Assembly: GCF_032062105.1 (NCBI RefSeq)
Contig: NW_026921474.1
Coordinates: 1 to 64,000 of the forward strand
Direction of reading: 5' to 3'
Length of the DNA: 64,000 bases
DNA from: Saccostrea cucullata
Taxonomy: Eukaryota
Each line of letters opens with the position of its first letter. The first letter of the stretch is position 1. The translations under genes were made by a program, and so were the position numbers. Shown in pieces: positions 49,904-61,715 of this stretch. A model generated the notes under the pieces. It had not been told where the DNA came from. It ran no database searches and saw only the letters and a list, made by a program, of their open reading frames with translations.

Positions 49904-52212
49904 ACTTGCAACATAAAGACTTTAAACACATTTTAAACTGGATTTAAATACGTGTGATATCGAGAGTGAATGGATGAAAAGTTACCAGGACCCCCTCAAG
50001 TACAGCATATAGTCTTATGACAAGAGAGACAAGAATTTTTTTTTCATGTAGTAAAATTCTTTGTTATCCTTGGACTTGGCAGTGGATGCGACATTTTCGA
50101 CTTGCATACTAGTAATCAGGGTCTGATCGAAATTTATACAGCCTTTCATTCACTGTTGAAATATACATGGGACAGAAATTCGGACGAATGAGTGTAGCAA
50201 GGGGCCAATGATAACGTTTCGTACGGCAAAGAAGTGGGGCTCAAATCATCTCATCGTTGCTATCAACAATTTAAAGTTCCTGTTGTTATAAATTTCTAAA
50301 CAAATGAGAATATATTCGCCATTTGAGAGATCCTAGTTACATGTATGTGGCGTCGAGAATGCCACACCTTACTGAAAGTCCAATGAAGACTAAAAATGCT
50401 TAGTTTATACATGTATATATTTTCCATACGCTGAGCACTTATGCATTATTATTAATACATAATTTCATTAATGAATAAAAGTTTTCAAAGCTTTAATTAT
50501 GTGCAGTTAAGAATAGATATATAAAAGCCAGATGAGGGAAATATGTTCCATTAATTTTCTACAATTCCCTGTTTCTTTCCATGTTAGTTCCGAACGCATA
50601 TAGAATTGTATTATCCAGGAATAGGATAGAAAAAATTGTCAAAAATTATATCCTCCTTCAACAATTCTTCAAATGATTCGGTGAATCCTTCAATATATTA
50701 TATCATTGTGTACATAGAGATGCTCACTTCTTAATGGCGCCTGATCCTATCTCTGAAGTCTTAGTGGTCCGTGTTTGCTTTGCTCCTGATTTGTATTGTT
50801 TGAATGGATTTTTGAGCTTGAATACTGATCGTTATCTCCATATATTTCGTCATGAAGTTGGCTTTCTACTGTTCAAAGACGTCCATTTAACAATCAACGT
50901 GTATAGAGTATAATGTACAGACATATATTAAATTGTTAGAACCATTCAGTAAAACCCAATCATCAGGCAATACCAGGACGTGACACATCAAAACTAACAA
51001 TGGGTGTAGACAACCAATAATTAAACTTCCTCCGTGTTCTTGTGTACTGTCTCCTGATTCGATCATAGCAGGAAAAAAACTTCCTATTTAAAAAATTCAA
51101 ATAAGATTTACAGAAATAAAATCAACTGTATGACATAATAAAGAAAACATAGTCAAGTGAAACGAAAGTTGGGATCGAGGAGGAAAATCCACGAAGCAAG
51201 CAGTTTATAGGTCACAGCTAAAATATTTTAAAATAGTGTACAACTTGTGTAAATAAATTAGATAAAAAGTGAAGGCTTTTAAAACACTTCCGCATTTAGC
51301 AAACAACCATTGCAGTGATTAAAGGATAAGGTAAGTGGTTAGATGTACAAATTCCGTTTTATCAAGAATATTTTGCATACGAACTTTATGAATGACGTTA
51401 GTTTACCATGTTTACACAGATATTCTAGCTTGTTAGCGACGATAGAAACATACATTTTGCTAATATTTTAGAGGATTTTGCTAGCGTTGCTTCTTTTGGC
51501 AACGAACAGCGTTTTTTTAAAAGTATTTTACTTAATATCAGAATTAATATCTCATATTTTGTTAATTCTATTTCGATGACATACTAGTAATCAGGGTTCT
51601 ATGAACAAAATTAATTTGTGGACAACCTCGGATCTGAGTAAAAAATACGGTATAAATGGTTAGATATCTTACTTATATTTTAGACAGAGCAAGGTGGTTA
51701 TTCATAAACATCTAGGATACCGGGTCTGGTTATGCTTAAAACGTATTCTCATGGATGTCGTCTACGGGTAGATATTCTCGATATTCCTTGGTTTTGAACA
51801 AATGCTTTAGGATAGATTATTTTGCAAAAATTGTGATTGCTACAGATGTTTGAATTTGCCTTATGTTCATAAAGCCATTTCAATATCTGATCTACATCTG
51901 TATCTACTAATGTGGGGATGGATTTCGCTCGTTTTTATGCTACTGTACATGTATCAATATATTTATTTGCCAGTGCAAATAAATCCCCAAAAGTATATAG
52001 AAAATTGTTCATAAGGGTTAATTATTTTCTAAAAAATCAAAATTAATAAGAGAGAGAGAGAGAGAGCATCGTGACTACAAAACTGCCACTCGTGATTATT
52101 CATTATCATTGGGCATTGGGTCATTTTCTTATGAACAACTCAATCTATGTACTATGAAATCGGAAAACAAAAGTTAACATAATAATTTTATCCCCGTAAG
52201 TGCTGTCTAAAG

Positions 52213-52232
52213 TAGCTGCAGATCTGCAGCTA
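52213..52232. mobile_element. 20-bp collapsed MITE remnant with perfect 9-bp TSD
   Basis: tgtctaaag|tagctgcagatctgcagcta|tgtctaaag; termini match those of the 47527-47604 MITE. Confidence 0.8.
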
Positions 52233-53231
52233 TGTCTAAAGAAGATCGTTGGTAACAATCTGAGCATAATTACATCCACTTTAATTTGCGTTTAGTTCAG
52301 TTTCAAAGAACTATTCAATTTATCTTTGTCTACGACCTTGATATGACTATTTTTTTAATTTATGTTCGCTCGGTGCCAATGAAACTGGTTAGGATTTATT
52401 GAATTAAGTTGCTGATACATATTGTTGAGAGCTATGAAGCAGCATCAAAATGTTTTTACCTTGCCCTCTGCGATCTTGATATTATAACTATTCTTAAATT
52501 GTGATCGAGCGGTTTCAAAGAAACTATTCAATACACGTGTATTTCTTCTAATACGTCATTTGCCAATACATATTGGTGCATCAATATTTAAGGTCTACCC
52601 TTCTTCATGACCTTGACCTAAATTTTTAATTTTGTATTTAGTGCAGTTTAAATAAAATATTCAAGATAGTTTTATCTAAACACATACATTGATACATATA
52701 CGTATTTGAGAGCTATTCATCTGTTTTCATATGATCTTATCTTTCATTATTTCGCATCAACTGAGTTCATTTTTTTTTATCTTGACCTCCCCAATGACGT
52801 TTGACTTTACCATTTATCTTGTTTTAGAAACACTCTTCAATATATTTTCATTGAACTTGATGCACTCATACGAATCGGTCAGAGTTATTCAACTGTGACA
52901 CAAATTTCTGAACTTTTCCAGTGACCTTGACATCACTTTTCATCATGACCCTTATCTTAACCAAAAAAAAAAAAAACAAGGTCCATTTTTTTTAAGTTCC
53001 AATACTAATGAATCTTGTGCGGACCGGGTATTCTTATAGTTTTGCTACTATTCTTTTGAGGCTGCTTGTAACTCTCTCTACTTGCAAATGGGCCAAACTC
53101 GAGCTAATTCTTGTACTGAAAACAAATTATTGGAAGATAATAGAAAGAACAAAAAATCATTTTTTACACATTGATCTAGAGTAATCAAAGCAAAACTATT
53201 TTTAAAATTTAATTTTCTAAACAGCTGATCC

Positions 53232-56200
53232 ATGGAGTTCGACAGATGTCTCTTTAACCCGGAGGACGAGATAAGTCTTCCGGAATTCTACCAAAAGTAC
53301 CGGCAGTGTTTACCGATGCTGGTGGTCGTTGTTGGAGGACACAATGGAACAACGGAGTTTGACGACACGCCCAGTGACACCGTAAGATAGTACTTGTAGT
53401 CCACTGAGAATCCCCCTGCATTAGTATCATTAAGCTCTTAAATGGTTAACCATGGTAATGGATGTAGGAAAAACTGCTTATAATAAGTTTATTTTCAAAC
53501 ATATTGGCCCACATGTACTTGTACGCGAGCACTGACAATGTGATTCGTGCAAAATGTAACAAAAACTCTTACATTAATTTTGTGTTTCAAGAGGTAAAAT
53601 TAAAACAGGAACTAAGAAAATTAAAAAATGGAAATTGTATAATTATACATGCACTAGTATTCACCTGGAGTTTGGCAATAATCTGCTTTTGAACCCTTTT
53701 TATTTTTTTTTAATATAATTTAAAACGCATAAACCTTTACGTAGCTTTCATCTGACTTACACAAGGGGAAGCAATAATTAAATTTTTTGTTCCCTTAAGA
53801 TATCAGTAGGAATAAAGTGGTCCGAAGTCCTGTGATTTCACACAATTCCACAGTCATTTTTATTTATTAAGGTTCACTGACCCTCTGATAAGAGAGATAA
53901 CTCTCAATTTAATTAGATAAGAAAATTTAATTTAACTGACCATTTCTGACGAAGTTTTCTCCAAACTGCATATATGCTTTAATTATGTGTAGGTTATACA
54001 TGAAGATTTCTTTTTCAAATTCTGTGAGCGTTTTAGCCAATTTTATATTATTTTAATGTATATTTCACTTTGACAGATAATACGATACAACAAATTCCAA
54101 AGTGTCAAAAGAGCCCTAGCGCAGGACCCCAAGACGAGGCGGAATTACATCAGCATTCCTGTCAACGCGAAATATAAATTCAACGTCATCAAATCAATTT
54201 CCACCAAGAATAAAGGTAATTAATTTCTCAATAGTAATTCATAAGGAAATGACCTTAACTTGTCATTCACTGGACTTGTATTAACCTTTCTTAATGAACG
54301 GGGGGGGGGGGGGTATTCACATCAAAACAGGGAGGGATACACGACTATTCTTTTTTTAAATTAGGAATATTTATAGATACTAAGCAAATAACTGGCAGGG
54401 GTTTGAAATAAATCTTTTAATTCCATTACTTAGTAATGTTACATGTAATTCGTTTGGGATGGAATGGCTGGGGAGGGGGCTCCGTCTGTCAAAACCTAGA
54501 GATTGAAGCTACTGATCTTTTTTACCTCAGTCTAATACCGAGGTATCGTCCCTTCACTCTAGATTCTGTTTACTAATCACTACTTCCTTTGTAAGAAAAC
54601 TCAATATACGTATTCTTAAAATATTTTTTTTAATTTAAAATCATAAAAAGTTTATGACATTCCTTCCGTGAATAAGAAAAGCCTTGAGTGCTACCTTTGT
54701 TATTGACTTCCTGTTGAATTCTGATTACAGCTGACCACACACTGGCTGAGATCTTGGACACGTACCCGTTACCTGTACTTATACAATTCTCCGAGTCTCA
54801 GGAGATTCCCTCCGAGGGCAGAAACAGGGAAGGGACGCCCTATCAGCTTCTTATTACGCACGTGTACGAGGAAGTTTTCATACAAGGGAATTTTATCACG
54901 GAAGGTAATGTCAAGACGGCTTGTTTTATTACTCTGTCATATAACAATAACAAGTCATTTTCTTTAAAAACCGGTGTGCCATATATATTTATACATGTAC
55001 ATCACAGAGACTAAAATATATGAAGATCTCTTGCAGCATACCATAGGTGAAGTGTGTTTTGAGGGCCGTTTGTACATGACAATATTTAAAAAAGAGTAAG
55101 AGAATGTACTTCTGGGCATTAATGTCAGGGGTCCTATATCAACTAGTTGTCTCGGGACCCCTGACAAATTCCGTTCGCTTTTTTTTTTTTGGGGGGGGGG
55201 GGGGGGCTTGCTTCTCAGAAAATGTAAACAGCAAGTTCACGCCTAAATTACACGTGTACCTCATTGTCTGAACGATAGTACAATTCTCAGTTAACCTTGA
55301 AGTTTCAGTAAGACTGGCATTCTCGGTGCTACGAAGTTAGCGTCGGTCAAATGGCGAATAGATTCTCACAGGTTAAGAAATTAAGAGCCATTCTCTGTAA
55401 TGACTTGAATTTTTATATAGGAGCTGTGGCACGCATAGTCTCAGAATTTCTCCAAACTCTCTGTGATAAAAGTTATTGATACCCTAAACTGAAATCAGGC
55501 AAAAATTGGTTGCTATGTTTTATAGTTACCATGGCAACATATCTTAAAGTTCGAAAAATGGCATTTTTTAACATGTGTAGAGCCCCATAATTAACATTTG
55601 CGGTAAAACAAACAATTGGCAATGACTGTTTCCAAAAGTTGAAGGTCAGATGTCTCAAATGCATGATAAACATGTTTGGTAAATCAACTATTACATACGT
55701 TACTATGATAACAAAGTATTCAAAAGTTAAAAAAAATATTCATTGAATTTTATAAAGTCATACACCTAAAAATAAAAAGCAATTATAGGATGAAATGTGA
55801 CCAAATAATAGAAAAAAGAGCCTTGAAACATATACCAAGAACAAAATATGAAATTTCATTTTGGATGGCAATGGTTGCCAAGGTTTTTATACCATCGAGA
55901 GCCTTCAAAGTAGCACTCTGTATGTTTAAATCTGATCCTATCTTTTAAAAAAGCACATTTCCTCATAACTAATGATCAATTTTTAAAGATGTTGGTGTGC
56001 TCCTAGTTTTCCCATTTGAAAAAATTCAGATTAGATTCATTAAATAGAGCGTTGCTATGGAAATAAGCAGAAAATATATGCTTAGAAAAACTGAAAAATA
56101 TTTTCTTTCCTTGGATACGTACCCTTAAATGTAGATTCCCAAAACTTTTATGATTGATATTTATTAACAGCTAACCTGACTTTTAATTTTGGCTATCATC

Positions 56201-59066
56201 CAATCTCTAAATGGATGCAAGAAATTGGCACACAGGGCTTAATATTGATATAAAGTTCACAAAATCGAACATTTTCTCTTCTTGGTAACCATAGCAACAG
56301 TGTTGTTTTCTTCATCAAATTTTATCAATATACGATATTCAAATTCAGTTCTAACAGATAAGTACTATTCAAGCTGAGTCCTTTAATTTGTTTCTTGATT
56401 ATATGGCAATTTAATTCTTAATGCAGCGAAAAAATTTCACTTTTAAGCACTAGTACTTTGTTCCCATGGTAACACTGCAAAGAAGCAATTATACCCAGTT
56501 TTTCTTATGGTTTTGGTGTTGAAAGGTCCTAAGGATGCATATTTGCAAGTCTTGAATTTTTATGTTTTTCCTCAAGACAGCATCGTCGGAAACCCACGGG
56601 TGATCTCGTCCTTACTTATCACCCGTGGGCAAACTCGCCGAAAAATCGTCGTATGTAATTAAATATGCATGGGTCATTTGATTGGCCGCATTACAGAGTC
56701 GCGATGCGTAACAACGAATCACAGTTCACGTTTCGTATGCAAGTTCGGCATTGCCAAAAACATGAAAAACTCATTCCGTAGTTAACACAGCTGATAAATC
56801 ACCGGTGCATTTTGCAGTGAGAAAGAGGTATATCCTTCAAAATATCTGACGGATATTAATGTCACTGACCTGTACGAATTGATTTTCATTGTTTTAAATC
56901 AAACTTCGCACGTTTTAATTAACGAGCGTCAAAATATTTACCATAAATAGCAAAGTAATAAACGTATTTTTCAAAATTGAAGAGTTCCAACTTTCTGATT
57001 GGTTGACTAAAAACAACAAATTAGCATATTTTACGGCGATATTTTGGCGAGTTTGCCCACGGGTGATAATTAAGGACGAGATCACCCGTGGGTTTCCGAC
57101 GATGTCAAGACAGTAGCATTAACCCAATCTTAGTTACTGTTTTTGCATGGTTACACTGTGTTACCATGGCAACCATAAAAGTTATTTATAGAATAATATT
57201 GCATATACTTATATACTTAAGGTCAAACATTTTCATTGTTTTTCTTAAGTCGTTGATTGAGTTTGAGCATGTAACACCTACCATTAGTGAATACGGAGTG
57301 TTTTTCAGCATATTTCAGCATTTTAAATGTATTCCAAATGTACCCTTGGTTACCACTTACTTAGAGATATATTCTAACCAGTTTCTTTACAGTATAAGTG
57401 ACATCAAGGTGTCATGTTTTTGTGAGAATGGTTTGTTTGCTTTTTCTAGTTTTTATTAAGCCACAGTCAAGATTTTAAGTGGTTGAAAATCTCGATTTTT
57501 CAAATTTTTCCGGCTGTTGCCATAGCAACCGAGACACTTAGCAACGTAATTTTGTTTGATATTTGTTTCTGGTGTCAATTACTAAGCATGGGTGAAGTTT
57601 CATCAAAATCGGTGACCATGCGTGGCAACGAAGTTTAAGTGGTTACAGAGAATGGCTATTAAATAATATCAAGAACTTCAAATTGTTGACAACGATGAGA
57701 CGACATGTATATTTCAACAGTGAATAAAAGCTGTGTAAATTTCAGACGCTAATTATGTGACGTCGAGAATACCACGCCTTACTGAAAGTCCAAGGTTAAC
57801 TGAGAATTGTACTAAAAAAAACTGCTGTCGGCCCCCGAAATATAAAGTGAAATTTGTCTGGGGTTCCATGGCAATTGATTGACAAAGGAACTCTGATGTT
57901 GTGATAATATTGACTGAATTAAATTAATTTTTTTGAAAATCGTTTTTTTTCTATTATAGGCAAGATAACCAAACATCCGTCCAGTTTTAGCCTGTGTCCA
58001 CTAATCTCCGTGGCCCCGATACAAGGTTTTACTGACCGCACAAAGAAGGAGTACGATAAATACCTCAAGAAGCTAGAGGGTTACGTCAACAAAAACACCG
58101 TGTTTGCTGAAAGTCAATGCAATTTAGGTAACATCCTTTTAATATGCCCATTTTTTTTACAATAAATCCCGAATACTCAGTGAAATTCTAGTATAGCACT
58201 TGACTTAAACATATTTATGTTGTTATAACTGTTTGCTTCTGTATCTTCTATTATTTAAGTGAAATGTTATTGTTGGGTACGTTTTTCTGTTCGTTTTTAC
58301 AGCAATCAAGATTCTAAAACCCGATGCAGATGAACTTAAAGACGTTCTCCAAACTTACCAAAACGAGACTACTGTGAGCCACCCCCCTCCTTCAATTCCT
58401 GTCAGAGGGCAGTCGCTCAAGAAAGCAAGACAGGAAGGGGATGATGATGATGGGGAGGATTACGAGGTCATGGAACAGCCAATGGAAGAGGTCGACACAT
58501 ATCGGGTAGCGGCAGCGGCGGGAACGCCGAGTTACGTCAACGATAGGTTGTGTCAAGTGAAACCATTGGTTGCTGGACAGGATGATGCAGACGACGATGA
58601 AGGGGACATGTATGAACCAATGGAAAACCCTGACGAAAATACAACTCCTTCAAAACCTGTTGTGATCAGTAAACCTGAAGAGACCCCTCCCTCTAGACCT
58701 GCAGAAAAGCCTAACGTACGGGGTAGATCCTTACCAAATGCAGGTGCCCCGACTCCTAAAGACATAACGCCTCCTGCTCGTGAAAGGGGGCATTCAACGT
58801 CCTGTGTGGACGAACCCTGTAAAAAGCCTTTTGTAACAAACACCTCTAACGCATTCGATATAGAAGAGAAAAGTATACAAGATATCGGAAATGTGTTACG
58901 CAGTTTGCGTTTGAATAAATATGTGGAAAAGTTTGAAGAAGAAATGGTTGACGGTGAAATATTAGCGGGACTAAGTGTTGAAGATCTGCAGAAAGAGTTT
59001 AATTTTTCGAAACTGGAGGCTATGCGACTTTTCAAGTATATTGAAAAAGGACATATTCCTAAATGA
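53232..59066 (+). CDS. CABIT-like / proline-rich / SAM-domain adaptor (GAREM/THEMIS-type architecture), 464 aa
   Basis: Exons 53232-53381 (ISLPEFYQKY..LPMLVVVVGG), 54077-54215 (YISIPVNAKYKF), 54731-54904 (LAEILDTYPLPVLIQF), 57960-58127, 58303-59066 (PPPSIPVR, DYEVM, YVN, YEPM, C-terminal SAM SIQDIGNVLRSLRLNKYVEKFEEEMVDGEILAGLSVEDLQKEF). Phases are consistent. A probable 5' non-coding exon donor lies at ~51331. The SAM call is firm; the CABIT call is by eye. Confidence 0.8.
55385..57658. mobile_element. Non-autonomous TTAA-targeting DNA transposon (Kolobok/piggyBac-like)
   Basis: 15-bp TIR agccattctctgtaa / ttacagagaatggct flanked by TTAA on both sides; many ccatggcaac-type internal motifs; no transposase ORF. 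Confidence 0.75.
56581..57104. mobile_element. Mutator-like MITE (TIRs ~70 bp, 9-bp TSD) nested in the previous element
   Basis: tcaagacag|catcgtcggaaacccacgggtgatctcgtcctt ... aaggacgagatcacccgtgggtttccgacgatg|tcaagacag. Confidence 0.9.
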
Positions 59067-60429
59067 TTACTGATTACATATCATTACAGAGCTATTTGAG
59101 AAGTGTGAATTGACAGAAGATGATATCATTACAGCTGGCCTGTAATTAGAAGGTTCTTTTCCAAGGATAGAAATGTTAGGAACAAAACTTTCTTCTTCTC
59201 TGTTTAATCTTATTGGACAATACATTTTAACAAATATTTTATGTTTCCTCATAAACCAGGTTTGACCCCACGCGAATTGGTTCGGTTGGTCAGTGACGAA
59301 ATTACTACTAATAGTATTGCCTCAAGATTGTTAAAAAAGTAACAGGAGTTAACACTATAACAGATGAAAAAAGTTAATGGATTGACATTTGAAAAGAATC
59401 ACTGCAACACCAAGATGAGAGGCGGATCCAGTAATTTTGGTGGGGTGTATCTGGGGACAGACAAGGATCTAGAAGCAGTTGATCATAAATATCATTAAAA
59501 TAAATCTATGTTCTCTTTCAATTGAAGCATTTTTTCAATATTTATTTTTCTAACAAAATCAAGATCTTAAAAAAGGGGAGGTGTTCCCCCCCCCCCCCTT
59601 CCCCCAAATCAAACACACTTTTTAAACAGAATTCTTCTTTGCTCGTCTATCTTAGGAATGTTTTATTATGAAATTTGAAGAAATGAATTAAAATGTACTA
59701 AACAATACCAAAACAAAAGTCAGAAAAAACGGGCAAAATAGGGGTGTATCGCTCGTAGCCCCTTCCTCGCACTCCTATCCACCACATGATAGCCCTGAAT
59801 TTGGACATGTATACACGTAAAATATTTATTTTAAGAAATCAAAATGTCATTTAGTTAAGGAAGGTTCCAGATATTTCCACATCCCCTCAAGGTCCAATTA
59901 AAAGGATTATGGAAAAAGACACAAACCGATTACAAATTGTTTGGTAATAAACTAATGACAAATATATGCAGAATTTATTAATTTATTACACGAAATTTGT
60001 AATTTGAAATAATTTGTAAATTCAAGATGAATGTTTATTTTCCTTCAAATTGATAGCTAGTAATTTCAAATTGATTATTCGTAATACTAGTAATATTTCG
60101 TTTAAAAAAGGGGGTGAGTACTGGAGCGTAGGAAAGGGTAAAACGGGAACAATTATAATTGCTATACCTTTAAAAATTTGTTCCTATACAAATCTATACA
60201 ATAAAAAGTCTAACATTTCTAAGGTTTTGGTGAGCAGGCATAAAAAAATCGATGTTTGACCGCTGAGTGAGATGTTGGACCGGTCGATGAGATGTTGGAC
60301 CGCTTACGTCACAGAATGGACGAAGCATAAACTCAATTTCATTCGTTGGCGTTCAACAGTGACGGACCTAATGTTACATCACGCCATCACGGACGACAGT
60401 ATAAAAGACATGTGTATGTCAAAAATTAA

Positions 60430-60650
60430 AATAAAATGAAAGGTCTAACAAAACATTTATTGACAGAGTTCTCGGGCAAAATGCATTTTGTAGACCCTCG
60501 AACCAAGCTGTCTGCCTTCGGCTTCAAATGCGTTTTGTCGACCATCGAAGCAAACTGTCTGCCTTCGGCCTCAGGCAAACAGTTTGATTCTTGGGTCAGA
60601 CAAACAAACAATGAAAAAAATAGAAGACAACTGTCCATTCAATTCTAATA
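60430..60650. repeat. Hairpin-rich transposon-end-like repeat
   Basis: gaccctcgaaccaagctgtctgcct ... aggcaaacagtttgattcttgggtc inverted pair, with a duplicated ctgtctgccttcggc. Confidence 0.45.
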
Positions 60651-61009
60651 ACAGGTGCTTGAGTTATACAATTGACATAAGTTGTTTGTCATATGAGATC
60701 TAAAAATGTTGTAAATATCTTGATTTAGGGAAATGTCAGAGATTTATAATCCTTTTTTATTTCCTTTTCTGAAAATCCTTTCCATGATTTATTTGACCAG
60801 CTGATACATGTAACAGTTTGATAAGGTTCCGGGTCTTAGCATAACGATGCAAGATATGAAAATTGCGCAATTTTACCATATTATTTGGTTTTGTTTCACG
60901 TTCCTTCGAAAAATAAATTTTTCGTGCCAGCCATCTACTGCGACACGGGACATCTGTTTATATGGCATGTTTCGAAGGACGCGAGTACATGTTCCGTACT
61001 TGGATTTTG

Positions 61010-61356
61010 TGGCCCCGCTCTATGGGGGGTCACGAGTTTAACAATTTAGAATCTACATTAACCTAGGATGCTTCCACATAAGTTTCAGTTTTTCTGGCCC
61101 AGTGGTTCTTGAGAAGATTTTTTTATGACCCCACCCTAGTTTTGTCTTTTCTTGTTTATCTCCCCTTGGAATAGGACTTGCCCCTTCACTTTAAAAATTT
61201 TGAACTCTCCTTTTCCCAATAAATGCTTTGTAACAAATTTGGTTAAAATTGGCTAGTACTCGAGAAGTAGATGAAATTGTGAAAAGTTTAAAGATGGACG
61301 GAAGGACAATGGGTGATTAGGAAAGCTCAGTTGAGCTTTAGCTCAGGTGAGCTAAA
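61010..61356 (-). mobile_element. HINE/Helentron fragment, same family as 9174 and 28043
   Basis: Ends in gagctttagctcaggtgagctaaa; contains ggcccagtggttcttgagaag. Confidence 0.8.
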
Positions 61357-61715
61357 CAACTTGTTTGTGTCAACAAAAACTCTGAGTAAATGTCATCTTT
61401 AAGTTCAATTAATTCACAAACACATCTTTTTATTTCATATTTTTTGTTTTATTTTGGCATTAAATTCTACAATTCAATAACATTTGTTAGAACAGATGCT
61501 GATATGAAGACTTCGTAACTACATTGATAAACAAGTATTTTAAAATACTATATACAACAAGTTATGGATATTTGAGAGATACAGTGTACATGTATGTACA
61601 ATGTATATATACATGTAGATAATACAAAATGAAAGATGACAACTGAATGATGAGCTATTTACATGTAAATGAAACATAAGAAAATCTGTCATAAATGAAT
61701 AGATTATTCCGACCT

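Noticed and set aside
57088-57459. 123-aa ORF as a transposase
   Set aside because: It spans a MITE end and non-coding element body and shows no DDE or DNA-binding motifs.
58553-59035. Minus-strand 160-aa ORF
   Set aside because: Antisense shadow of the SAM adaptor's last exon.
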